Positions 37,337 to 49,367 of a stretch of DNA of 64,000 nt are shown here, in pieces. The DNA is from Octopus sinensis (lineage: Eukaryota): the NCBI RefSeq assembly GCF_006345805.1, contig NC_043011.1, positions 53,704,464 through 53,768,463 of the forward strand, read 5' to 3'. The notes beneath the pieces were generated by a model that worked only from the letters and a program-made list of their open reading frames with translations, searched no databases and had not been told where the DNA came from. The position numbers and the translations under genes are program-made. How positions within the stretch are numbered: position 1 is the stretch's first letter; each line of letters begins with the position of its first letter.

Positions 37337-38155
37337 TATTAAAAAAAAATAATAATGATAGTGGTAACAGTAATAATAATAATAATGATAGTAATAAAGT
37401 TTATTTTTATATTTGTTTTATAGCTGACAGTTAATGAGAAATGTGATAAGGATAGAGTTTAGTAAAGATAGTGATGGTGATGGTGATGGTGATGGTGGAA
37501 GATGGTGGTGATCAGTAAGCCTGGTAGTTAAAAATCATCACCAAATACTCAATCATTGCTGCTGTTGCTGCTGCTATAATGATGGTGATGATGGTGATGG
37601 TGATAGTGATGATGATGATGATGATGGTGATGGTGATGATGGTGATGTTCCATAACTTGTATCTTCTTGTTCGTCTTATTTTGACATCATTTATGTTGGT
37701 ATCCGTAACTATTCCCCTCCCCTCTTCATTATCTTTCTTGTTTTCTTCCTCCTCACGATGACAATGACAACGAAGATAATGATGACAACGACAACAATGA
37801 CGAAGACGCCGACCACCACCACCACCACTATCATTGCCATCATCATCACTGAAGGGAAGATAACAACTACCACCACCACCACCACCACCACCACCACCAC
37901 CACCACCACCACCACCACACAACCATCACCATCACCATCACCACCACCACCACCACAACCACCACCATCACCACCACTACCACCACCATCACCACCACCA
38001 CCACCACCACCACAATCCACCATCCACCACCACCACAATCCACCATCCACCACCACCACCACCACCATCACGACCACCACCACCACCACCACAACCACCA
38101 CCATCACCACCACTACAACCACCACACCACCACCACCACCACCACCACCATAACT
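36350..38155. repeat. (GGT/GGC), (AAT) and (CAC) triplet arrays with unique spacers
   Basis: 36350-36555, 36990-37400, 37470-37630, 37810-38155. Confidence 0.9.
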
Positions 38156-38659
38156 ATCATTGTCATCAAGACTGATATCCAAGAGCCGTGGGTCGACAGA
38201 GGAGCAGAGCCATTGTTCACTTACATTCCTTCACATTCTGAGAGTTCAAATCCCTCCAGAATTTACTTTGCATTTCATACTCCAAGGGTCAATAAAGCTA
38301 GACCCAGTCACCTCCTATCAAGCACTGGATCAGTTTACATTCCTATAGTACTGTTCCTGTTGTAAGGTAACCTTAAATCCAGGATAGAATACCTTGAAGT
38401 ATTTGATATGGATGCTTATGATCAGCACCATTCCAGAACTTATAAAATCACTTACGGAGCGGAGAATGCTAAGCAGTGATAAGTGCTGGATTAAGAGATT
38501 ATCTCTCTTATGCTTTTCCAGTCACTCTATATTGACTTGGTAGCACCATATGGTGGCTCATTGTAAATATATTTGGACTGATAACAACATTGCAGTTTTA
38601 CTTATCGCTGCTTAGTGCTCCCCCTCTGTAATTTACCATGTAGTGCTGATACTGTCACC

Positions 38660-38800
38660 ACTGCTGCCGCTGCTGCCGCTGCTGCCGCTGCTGCCGCTGC
38701 TGCCGCTGCTGCCGCTGCTGCCGCTGCTGCCGCTGCTGCCGCTGCTGCCGCTGCTGCCGCTGCTGCCGCTGTTGCCGCTGCTGCTGCCGCCGCCGCTTCT
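38660..38800. repeat. (GCTGCC)n hexamer array
   Basis: Near-perfect hexamer run. Confidence 0.95.
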
Positions 38801-39544
38801 GCCGCTGCTCTCGCTGTCTCCGCTGACGCCGTTGCCAACTCTGCTTCCATCACTGCCACCGCTGACAACACCACCATCGCCGCCACTGCCGCTGCCACCA
38901 TATAGTGCTGTCAGTCATCGTACAGTGCCTAGAAAAGCATAAGGGAGGTAATCTCTTAATTCAGCTTGCAGTGCCATCTGCTTAGTGTCTGTCACCAATG
39001 AGGAGATAACTGCTCCGAAATGTTAACATCTCACAATCTCGGTAGATGGTGCTGTGAACTGATCTAGGCATATACACACCATTTATCTACAAGCAAGATG
39101 TATTCTCTGTGAGAAAACACAGTGAGTAGCTTGTTCCCCAGTTCGAATGTTCATCAAGCATGTTTGGACTGATAATAACATTGCAATATCGCTTATCACT
39201 GCTTTGTGCTTCCCCTCTGTAATTTATTTATTGTAAACTGGTGTGTAGCACTACAAGTTATCATATGGTGACTGGTAAAGGATTCACCAGAGACCTAGGT
39301 TCCTAGGGCTTCCATGAGAAAGAGTGAGATAAGCTAAAGCTAATTTCATGATTGTAATACTAATATACCTGCACAACACGTTATTGGTTATTGTAATATA
39401 GACACCATCCTATCTAACCTATTATGTTTTCAAAAAAAAAAAAAAAACAACCATTGGGGATATATTTAGTGATGTCTGTAATTTGTGGACACCCTGTATA
39501 TATATATATATATATTTTTTCGGAGAGGCACTGAGCAGCTATAC

Positions 39545-39716
39545 GCACACATACACACACGGCAGTAACTTCCACCTATCAAATTCAATCACAAAGCTTT
39601 GGTCGGCTTGGGGCTATAGCGGAAGACACCTACTCAAAGTGCCACGCAGTGGGACTGAACCCGAAACCATGTAGTTGGGAAGCAAGCTCCCTAACCACAC
39701 AGCCATGCCCGCGCCT
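39545..39716 (-). mobile_element. SINE family A, 5' half
   Basis: Reverse-complement match. Confidence 0.8.
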
Positions 39717-39943
39717 ACAAAAATGTATGCATATATGCGCAGCGCTATGCGTGTGGCAAGTTTTCTACGGCCGAATGCCCTTCCTGACGCCAACCCCCAC
39801 CTGTTGCCAAGCGAGGTAGTTTTTTCCCTCTTTCTCTTTCGGAGAGGCCGGGAAAGTTTACGAAAATAAACAAAAGATGAAGGCAGGTGGAGTACAAACA
39901 AACAAATGTATTAGTATAGCACTCAGGAATAGAAATAGAAAAA

Positions 39944-39982
39944 GTCTTTTATGTTTCGAGCCTACGCTCTTCGACAGAAAGA
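39944..39982 (-). ncRNA. Hammerhead-like variant motif in Penelope-like fragment 39855-40040
   Basis: TCTTT-CTGTCGAA-GAGC-GTAG-GCTC-GAAAC-ATA-AAAGA; A6 replaced by U. Confidence 0.5.
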
Positions 39983-40080
39983 TACACAGAAAAAAACAAG
40001 GAGAGAAACAAGGAGAGAAAAAAATGCATGTAGGAGCGATATATATATAATTGTGAAGCATGACTGTCACCACTACTACA

Positions 40081-40125
40081 TGAACCTGAAGATTGCATAA
40101 TTTAATGCATGAAAGTACTAGTTCA
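40081..40125 (+). ncRNA. Minimal type I hammerhead ribozyme
   Basis: TGAAC-CTGAAGA-TTGCAT-aattta-ATGCAT-GAAA-GTA-CTA-GTTCA; intact core; palindromic stem III AGTACT; CUA site. Confidence 0.8.
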
Positions 40126-40247
40126 ATCAGAATGAACATTTAACATTCTACTATTTTATTTTATTCTATTATATTATCTTATATTATATCATTATAAGAT
40201 TGTAAATAAAACATGAAAATCAGACAAGGTTGGGAATCCTTTTATTA

Positions 40248-40278
<31 letters not shown>

Positions 40279-40715
40279 AGCTTAGAGAAGAAGAAGAAAC
40301 GAAACAAAACAAAACGAATCGAATCGACGCGAAGGCGCTCAGTCATACAATAGTGTAATAAATAAAATATATGCATACATACAAACATATATGTATGTAC
40401 CTACATCTACATGTATATATACATGCATATATAAATATATATACGTGTGTACAGGACACCACAAATAGATGTAGAACTCAACGAGAAACGAAAAAGTAAA
40501 AACAGCATGGAACGGACCATTTTTTTAACAACGAAAAAACAGAGTACAAGACAACTACACAAGGAAAAATCCCCTTCTTCTGCTGTCCCTAGTTCAGCTC
40601 CAGCATGTTTCGAAGGTGAGGACAGAACACGTCTCGTCGAACAAGTCCTTCCTGCGAAAGAATTAAATAAAATTCCTTTGCAGAGGGGTAAAAACAAGGA
40701 AGCATATATATATAT

Positions 40716-40853
40716 ATCATCATCATCATCATCATTTAGCGTCCGTTTTCCATGCTAGCATGGGTTGGACGGTTCTACTGGGGTCTGTGAAGCCAGAAGG
40801 CTTCATCAGGCCCAGTCAAATCTGGCAGTGTTTCTACGGCTGGATGCCCTTCC
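40716..40853 (-). mobile_element. RTE-type 3' tail
   Basis: (cat)n ttagcgtccgttttcc...ggatgcccttcct. Confidence 0.8.
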
Positions 40854-41232
40854 TATATATATATATATATTTACCACGTGAACTACAATGAAAATTATTT
40901 GAGAAAGATATGGTATAACAGTCACTTGCCATATCTTGAATGTCTTCCTTCTCTGAGCATTAACAGCCAAAAGTTTTGACATCTAGCTGTTGACTTGGTC
41001 CAAGCCCACAAGATTATTCATCATGTTTTCAACAACAACTGCTCCCCACGGACAGATTTACTTTACATAAGAAACAAAAGTGGGATGGTCACCACTGAAA
41101 TGTTTTCCCTTAGGGCAGCGCAGTGGGGGTCAACAACACAGCAATTGATGTATGAGGGTAATTTTGTCAAGAGCAATGGACAAGAGGACACTTGTGGACA
41201 TGCCCTCTCTCCATTCCTTCTCCTCCTCCTCC

Positions 41233-41265
<33 letters not shown>

Positions 41266-41647
41266 CCCCATCCCCCTCCTCTCTCCATTCCTCCTCCTCC
41301 TCATCTTCCTCTCCCCTCCTCCTCCTCCTCATTTTCCTCCCCCTCCTCCTCCATCCCCTCCTCCTTCTTCCCCTCCTCCTCCTCCCTCTCCTCATCTCCC
41401 CCATCCCCCGCCTCTCTCCATTTCTCTCCCTTCCTCTTTCTCATGCTTGCTTCTCCAATCTACCCCTCTCTCTCTCTCTCTCTGCTTCTCTTTCTCTCTG
41501 AGCACTCTCTGCTTTTTATGCCATGAGGTTCCTCTCTCTACACCTCTCGGCTATCTCACAGCTCTTCCTTCTCCCTTTTAATCGCTCTCTCTTTTTCTAG
41601 CCATCCTTCCTCTGAGCATCTTCTTTTCTGTATTTCGTCTCCTCTCC

Positions 41648-41689
<42 letters not shown>

Positions 41690-41842
41690 TGTCAACATTG
41701 TTATTATCATTGTTGGAATGGTGTCAGTGATGGAGATAATCGTAGTGGCAGGGTGGCGTCACAGGCAGCATCAGAATCAATATTGTGACATCTGCCACAC
41801 CTTCCGCCACCACCGCCACTACAACCCCCCACTTCTGTTAAC

Positions 41843-41990
41843 ACCATCACCTCCCCCACAATCACCCTCCCCATAATCACCTCCCCCACAACCACCTTCC
41901 CCACCATCACCTCCCCTATCACCTCCCCTACCATCACCTCCCCCACATCACCTCCCCCACAACCACCTTCCCCACCATCACTTCCCCCAC
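41843..41990. repeat. 15-bp minisatellite (CACCATCACCTCCCC)n
   Basis: About ten degenerate units. Confidence 0.85.
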
Positions 41991-42299
41991 CATCGTCGCC
42001 ACTACTACCACCACAACCACAACCATCACCATCACCATCACCAGCAGCAGTACTACCACCACCACCACCACCACCACCACTGCCATCCTATCACCATCAT
42101 CCCTCTCTTCCTTCCACCCCACCCCACCCCCACACACCCATCAGACTGTCTTGCCAATGTTATTTGGTACAAATGTCTGAATTTATTGATTAGTTCATCA
42201 AGTTCAGCCAAACAATTGACAGATTTTTTCGGGAGGAAACTCTACTTAACAACAACATCAATGACAACATCAGCATCAATATTTTCACCACAACAAAAT

Positions 42300-43390
42300 C
42301 ACCATCACAACCACCACCACCACCACCACCACCACCACCACCACCACCACCACCACACCACCACCACCACCACCACCACCACCACCACCACCACCACCAA
42401 CACCACCACCCCCACCAACACCACCACCACCACCACCACCACCACCACCCACCACCACCACCACCACCCACCACCCACCACCACCACCGCCGCCACCACC
42501 ACCAACCACCACCACCACCACCACCACCACCAACCACCACCACCACCACCACCACCAACCACCACCACCACCACCACCAACCACCACCACCACCACCACA
42601 CCACCAACCACCACCACCACCACCACCACCACCACCACCACCACCACCACCACCACCACCATCACCGCCACCACCACCACCACCATCACCGCCACCACCA
42701 ACCACCACCACCACCAACCACCACCACCACACCACCACCACCACCACCACCACCACCACCACCACCACCACCACCACCACCACCAACACCACCACCACAC
42801 CGCCACCACCACAATGATGGCAATGACAATGACCATCGCAATGAGAATGATGATAAACAGCGATGATGACAATGACAACACACCGACTATGATGAGTACC
42901 ACACAGCAGCAGCAGCTGCAGCACTACCACCACCACCACCACCACCACCACTACCACCACCACCACCTTCACCACCACAACTATGATCACCATGGCAATG
43001 ATGACAGCAATGTTGACCATAACAGTGCAGATGACAACTAACCACCACAACCACCACCATCATTACTGCTACCATCATCATCATTACCACCACCATCACC
43101 ATCATCACTCCCATCACCATCATCACTACCACCACCACCACCACCACCATCATCATCACCGCCACCATCACCACCACCATTACTACTGCTACCATCATCA
43201 TCATTACCACCACCACCACCATCACAACCATCACTACTGCTACCATGATCAACTGCCCCCACCATCATCACCACCATCACTACTGCTACCATCATCACCA
43301 CCACCACCACCACCGCCACCATCATCAACTCCACCATCACCACCACCACCATCATCAGCACTACCACCACCACCACCGCTAGTGCCACTG
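42300..43390. repeat. (CAC)n-dominated array
   Basis: Directly visible. Confidence 0.95.
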
Positions 43391-44154
43391 CTACCGTATC
43401 CCTTCCCTCTACCAAGATCCACTTTGTCTTTTGTTCTTCCAATAATTACTGGAGTCCGTGCAATAAACTACACTGTGGAATTTTTTGCCCTCGCCCCTCC
43501 CGCATGGCCACAGCCCATTGATTAAGCCTGGAGACCAGTATGAGGAAAGCTACAGCCATCCATGATGCTCTTCAGATAATGGAATGATCTTTGATCCAAG
43601 GGCTGTAAAGCTAGAGTTGGCCTGAGATTAAACCATAACGAATACATGTAATTTGGTTTTGTAATAACTTTCTTTGAATTGAGGGTTGTGTGGACGGCCT
43701 GACACTGCAAGAGACCACGTGGAAAGGTTTCAGTAATTATTTTAGATTCCTATCTGGATTATGGGCAGACATAGACACCGTCTTATCTTGGCCATCTCAC
43801 TCTGAGCCCAGTGAGACATCGAAGATATAAGAACTGAAGGAAAGAGGTCTTCACCAGGACTCAGCTGGTGCTCATTTTCAGCTGACGAGATAATAGCAAC
43901 ATGAAATGAAGTGCCTTACTCAAGGAAACAACATGCCACTTGGTCATGGAATGGAACCTACCATCTCCCACATCTGGTCCTTCTGATTCCTTTGCTTTCT
44001 TTCTTTCTCTCTCTCTCTCTCTCGCTCCCCTATTTCCCCTCATCCAATCACCTGAGCAAATATACACATCTTATGTTATAGCATATGCCATACATTTACA
44101 CCTCCATCCTTTCCCCCTCTCACCCATTCATTTCTGCTATTCTCCTTTTCAGAG

Positions 44155-44690
44155 TGGAAGCTCTGTCCATTCAATGAATTTTGAAGAGACCGAAACAGGT
44201 GGAAATTTAAAGACGTAAGCTCAGGCAAATATGGAGAGTGTGGTAAGACTTCCCAGCCAGGCCCTTGTAACTTCTGCTATGTCTGCAAGAAGTGTGCGGT
44301 CTGACATTGTCATGATGCCCTTGTGAATAACAAGTCCTGGATGTTTCTGGGGGATCACTGCTTTTAATTTATCAGGCTGATCACTGTACACATCCGAAAT
44401 GACAGTCCTGTCCATGGGAAGAGGCTCATAAAAGACAACATTTTTTCCAATCCCACTAAATTGAAAGTATAACATTCATTCAGTGATGTCCTGCTTTGGA
44501 GGTTGTTTTTGGTGGCTTGCCTTGCGTCTCTCACAATTGTTTGTGATTTATGTTATTATAGATCCATTTTTTTTGTCCCCTGTCATGACATTCCTTGCTG
44601 CTTCAGTTTTGATTTTCAGCCCAAGCTTTGAATTCTCTTTTCTGAGAATGATAATTTTCTTCTTATCTGTTTCAAAGTTGGAGAAAGTAG
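44155..44690 (-). mobile_element. Mariner transposase relic (frameshifted)
   Basis: Across frames: VMTGDKKWIYNN, VVFYEPLPMDRTVISDVYSDQPDKLKAVI, HHDNVRPHT, VLPHSPY...FHLFRSLQNSLNG. Confidence 0.9.
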
Positions 44691-45042
44691 AGAGAAAACT
44701 GAACTAATTGACTCTTTTGCCATCCTGGGGGTTATTGAAAGCATGAAAAATTCTACTGGGTTATAATCTTTTTAAATGAATCAAAGCTTTACTTTTTTAC
44801 ATAACTTTTCTTAAATAACTTTAAATATTTAAAATTAAATTTTAAAGCGTTGGCATGAATGAATGGAAACTTTACTTTTTAATCTCTCTTTCTCTCTCTC
44901 ACACACACACAAATTGTTGGTTTCTTCTTTTTGTTCTATGTTTGAAATAGTCAAGAAAACTCTGGGGCCACATAACTGAATTCAGGTCTTAAGAAGGGAT
45001 CAAAAGTACTCACTTCATTGGTCAAACCTTTTTAGAAAGCTA

Positions 45043-45420
45043 GCATGAGTGTGTGGTAAAAAGTTTGCTTTCCAACCACATGGTTCCATGTCCAATCTTC
45101 TACTAGTGTCTTCTACTATAGCTTTGGCCTGACTAAAACCTTCTACGTGAACTTGATAGAGGGAAACTGAAAAAACCTGTCGTATATATGCGTGTATATG
45201 TGTGTCTTTGTGTTTGTGTTTTTGTCTTTCACCAACTCTTGACCACTGGCATTGGTGTATTTATGTTCCCATAACTTAGCAGTTCGGCACGAGAGACCAA
45301 AAGAATAAGCACAAGGCTTTAAAAAAAGTACTGGGGTAGATTCATTAGACTAAAAATTATTTAAGGTGGTGCCCCAGCATGGCCACAATCTACTGATTGA
45401 AACAAGCAGCAGATAAAAGA
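45043..45420 (+). mobile_element. SINE family A, diverged
   Basis: Family match with many substitutions. Confidence 0.8.
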
Positions 45421-45660
45421 TAACATGTGTATTCTTTGGTACCGAATAATCATACGAAATATATCTGAAAGCAATAAAACAAACTTGTAAATTGACTAAA
45501 CATGCATTTCTTGCCTAAATCCGTCTGACTATGAGGAAAGCCTCAGGAAAATCCTCTGAATAAGCAAGTTTTTGATCTCTGCTGCACAGAACATTAAAAA
45601 CATCAGCATTTCAAGAGAAAAAAAAAAGTTGAGAATGAGTCTACTGGCTTAACACAGCTG

Positions 45661-46075
45661 GAAGGCAAGCAGTAAAATATCTGCTTTCTCTGTTTTTCCC
45701 TTTCTTGACCACTCACTCATTTCTTTTTTTGTTTTGTCCCTCTTTTTGATGTTCCTTCTCAAAAATAATAGAATACAAAGAAAATAACACCATTGCTCTT
45801 ATTCTTATGACTGAAAGCAAGCAGGAAAAAAATTTGCTTTCCTTTGTATTTCTTTCTGTTGACCACTCACCCATTTATTTTCTCTCTTTTTGATGCTCCA
45901 TTCCAGAAGAGAATAACAGAAGAGACTAATACCATTGCTCTTACTGACTTCGATTGAAAGCAAGCAGAAACATTCACCTTTTTCTTTGTTGACCACTCAC
46001 TCATTTGTTTTGCCTTCCTTGACGCTCCCTCCTCAAAAGAACAGGAAAGCAATTAATTCACATCTTTTCTTTCTT
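45661..46075. repeat. Diverged tandem repeat, ~143-152-bp unit, ~3 copies
   Basis: gaa.gcaagcag at 45661, 45813, 45956; recurring ttgaccactcac.cattt and accattgctctta. Confidence 0.75.
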
Positions 46076-46289
46076 TTCTCGAAAAGCAAACAGGAGCTTT
46101 CACTTCTTATATTCGTTAAATAATATCAATTGTTTACAATTTATACTAAGAACAGAAGGAATGCGAAATAAAAGTGAATATGACTACAATGAATCTATCG
46201 AAAATTATCAATACGCAATTATATATTATCCCAAAATTATTTATCTTGGAAAAATACCCTTTGCCCCATGCATACATACATACATACAT

Positions 46290-46704
46290 ACACTCTTTTA
46301 TTCTTTTATTTGTTTCAGTCATATGACTGCAGCCATGCTGGAGCACCACCTTTAATCGAGCAACTCGACCCCGGGACTTATTCTTTTGTAAGCCCAATAC
46401 TTATTCTATTGGTCTCTTTTGCCGAACCGCTAAGTAACGGGGACATGAACACACCAGCATCGGTTGCCAAGCAATGCTAGGGGGACAAACACAGACACAC
46501 AAACACACAAACACATATATACATATACATATATACATATATACGACAGGCTTCTTTCAGTTTCCATCTACCAAATCCACTGACAAGGCTTTGGTCGGCC
46601 CGAGGCTATAGTAGAAGACACTTGCTCAAGGTGCCGTGCAGTGGGACTGAACCCGGAACCATGTGGTTGGTAGACAAGCTACTTACCACACAGCCACTCC
46701 TGCA

Positions 46705-46706
<2 letters not shown>
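46290..46706 (-). mobile_element. SINE family A, full length
   Basis: Reverse-complement match. Confidence 0.92.
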
Positions 46707-46741
<35 letters not shown>

Positions 46742-46743
<2 letters not shown>

Positions 46744-47166
46744 GAACATCAATGGAATTTGTATCTTTGTGGTACCAGTGCCGGTGGCACGTGGCACACA
46801 AGAAAACCATCCGAACGTGGCCGTAGCCAGTACCACATCGACTGGCCTCCGTGCTGTGGGCACGTAACAAACACCATCCGATCGTGGCCGTTTGCCAGCC
46901 TCATCTGGCACCTGTGTCGGTGGCACATAAAAACACCATCCGAGCGTGGCCGTCTGCCAGCCTCGTCTGGCACCTGTGTCGGTGGCACATAAAATCACCC
47001 ACTACACTCTCGGAGTGGTTGGCGTTAGGAAGGGCATCCAGCTGTAGAAACACTGCCAGATCTGACTGGACTGGTGCAGCTTTCGGGCTCCCCAGACCTC
47101 AGTTGAACCGTCCAACCCATGCTAGCATGGAAAGCGGACGTTAAATGATGATGATGATGATGATGA
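46742..47166 (+). mobile_element. RTE-type 3' UTR/tail with internal 61-68-bp tandem repeats
   Basis: Three accatccga units 61-68 bp apart (~46806-46943); shared tail to (gat)n. Confidence 0.8.
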
Positions 47167-47221
<55 letters not shown>

Positions 47222-47424
47222 GAATAAATAAATAAATATTTGATTTACACCTGCGTTAAACTCCATTTATTTATTCATATATTATTCAAAATATTCCACG
47301 TAAACACGAAGTTTCTACCTTTATAAACAAGGGTTACAACATCTTTACTTGTGAGATTTTTGCTACCCTGGTAACTATTTATTTATTTTCTGTGCTAATT
47401 GTTAACAAGGTAAAAATACACTCA

Positions 47425-47477
<53 letters not shown>

Positions 47478-47575
47478 ATATATATATATATATATATATG
47501 TCTAGTGGACGAATGGCCTGTTAAGGCCATTCCTAAATTGTTATATATATATATATATATATGCATACATATATA

Positions 47576-48663
47576 CAGGGTGTGGTGGGTAAATTGTTGC
47601 CATTTTATATTTTAATTTTGCATGTGTGCATTGTTTGTTTTTGATTGTGTCCAATTATATAGTATAGTAGGGTTAGTTGGGCACTGTCTGTGAGAAAAAC
47701 AGCACCATGATACAATTCATTCTGACAGAAATTTGGATCAAGGTGGCGAGCTGGCAGAAACGTTAGCACGCTGGGTGAAATGATTAGTGGTATTTCGTCT
47801 GTCTTTACGTTCTGAGTTCAAATTCTGCTGAGGTCAACTTTGCCTTTAATCCTTTCGGGGTCGATAAATTTAGAACCAGTTACACACTGGGGTTGATGTA
47901 ATTGACTTAATCCATTTGTCTGTCCTTTTTTGTCCCCTCTGTGTGTAGCCCCTTGTGGGCAGTAAAGACATAAGAAATTTGGAAATGACATGCTGTACTG
48001 CTTGGCATTTGTGCCAGAAGCTCTATTATGAACATTTCAGAGTGTTTGGGTGGCAATCTGTGGACAGTGCAATCTGAGGACATGTATCAAGAGTGATAAA
48101 AATCAAACATTCAGTCAACATCATGGTGTTTGGAGTGATCACTAGTGATGGCAACGTTATGCCTCCATTCATCTTCCCACATGACTTCAGACTCAACATG
48201 AAGGCCTACATCAAGTGTCTGTTGGAGGTGGTACTGCCCTGGATCAAGAGGGTGGCTGCTGGAAGATCCTATGTCTGGCAACAGGACTCTGCACCATGCC
48301 ACACAAGCAGGAGAACCCAGTCATGGCTGTCAGGTAATTTCTGCGACTACACCACCCCTAACATCTGGCCACCTAACTCCCCAGACTGCAACCCCCTTGA
48401 TTATCATGTATAGGGCACAGTTGAGTGAGAGACCAACAAAACTCCTTGTAACACCAAAGATGAACTGTCCAGAATAGTTGCAGGATATCTGAAGTCATGT
48501 GGAGGCCGTGGTTGAAGCCAATGAAAATTTTATTGAATAAATTTACTCTTTAGTATTTCAAGATATTTTTATGTAATCTTGGTAAATATATCTGTTAAAA
48601 TGAGGTGTCAGTATTATTTTCATTTTTACGTAATTTAAATGACAGTTTATTTATCACACCCTG
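47576..48663 (+). mobile_element. maT/DD37D-type Tc1-mariner element (deleted) with nested MetaSINE
   Basis: TA-cagggtgtg...cacaccctg-TA; IMVFGVITSDG, VWQQDSAPCHTS, WPPNSPDCNPLDY. Confidence 0.88.
47739..47972 (+). mobile_element. MetaSINE-type element
   Basis: TSD agaaatttgga at 47728-47738 and 47973-47983; Meta-like core ggtcaactttgcctttaatcctttcggggtcgataaa. Confidence 0.88.
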
Positions 48664-48687
48664 TATATATGTATATATATATATATA

Positions 48688-49005
48688 TAAAATATTATTA
48701 GAGACAAAACCACTATTTTGCAAAACAAACAAGGAAAGACTTAATCAATACATAAAAATTTATAAATAGTCAAAAAAACCGCCACTACAATTGTTACTTG
48801 TCTTGATCGACAATCTTCAGGTGGACTTCCAATAAGTCAGTTTCATTGAAACTGACTTATTGGAAGTCCACCTGAAGATTGTCGATCAAGACAAGTAACA
48901 ATTGTAGTGGCGGTTTTTTTGACTATTTATTAAAATTTTATGTATTGATTAAGTCTTTCCTTGTTTGTTTTGCAAAATAGTGGTTTTGTCTCTAATAATA
49001 TTTTA
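48688..49005. repeat. Near-perfect 318-bp palindrome (Penelope-like) with an HHR-like motif in each arm
   Basis: Arms 48688-48845 and 48847-49005; motifs at 48782-48824 (-) and 48868-48910 (+). Confidence 0.9.
48868..48910 (+). ncRNA. Hammerhead-like motif with A13U change
   Basis: CCAC-CTGAAGA-TTGTC-gatcaa-GACAA-GTAA-CAATT-GTA-GTGG; palindromic stem III ACAATTGT. Confidence 0.65.
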
Positions 49006-49146
49006 TTTTATAATATTTTACTATAAAATTGGATTTAATCCTAAATCTGATTTTTTCCCTGTAAATTTGGATTTATTCCCTAATATTTATTATTATATAT
49101 ATATATATATATATAGTGGGTGCTTTTTTTTTCTTTTTTTTTTTCG

Positions 49147-49332
49147 GTGGCACATAAAAAGCACCCACTACACTCACGGAGTGGTTGGCATTAGGAAGGG
49201 CATCCAGCTATAGAAACACTGCCAGATCTGACTGGCCTGGTGCAGCCTTCGGGCTTCCCAGACCCCAGTTGAACCGTCCAACCCATGCTAGCATGGAAAG
49301 CGGACGTTAAACGATGATGATGATGATGATGA

Positions 49333-49335
<3 letters not shown>
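49147..49335 (+). mobile_element. RTE-type 3' tail
   Basis: Shared tail to (gat)n. Confidence 0.8.

Positions 49336-49367
<32 letters not shown>

Noticed and set aside
35186-38942. Poly-Ala/Pro/Gly/Arg ORFs
   Set aside because: Triplet and hexamer microsatellites open in several frames; no splice or domain support
40445-40700. (TA)-flanked repeat containing cgaaac, possible hammerhead
   Set aside because: No CUGANGA box or stem I could be assembled
42186-43525. His/Pro/Thr-rich ORFs
   Set aside because: (CAC)n artefacts
44221-44475. 84-aa ORF as a host exon
   Set aside because: It is one frame of a frameshifted mariner transposase
46775-46995. Repeat-spacer look resembling CRISPR
   Set aside because: Eukaryotic context, no unique spacers, no cas genes; internal RTE tandem repeat
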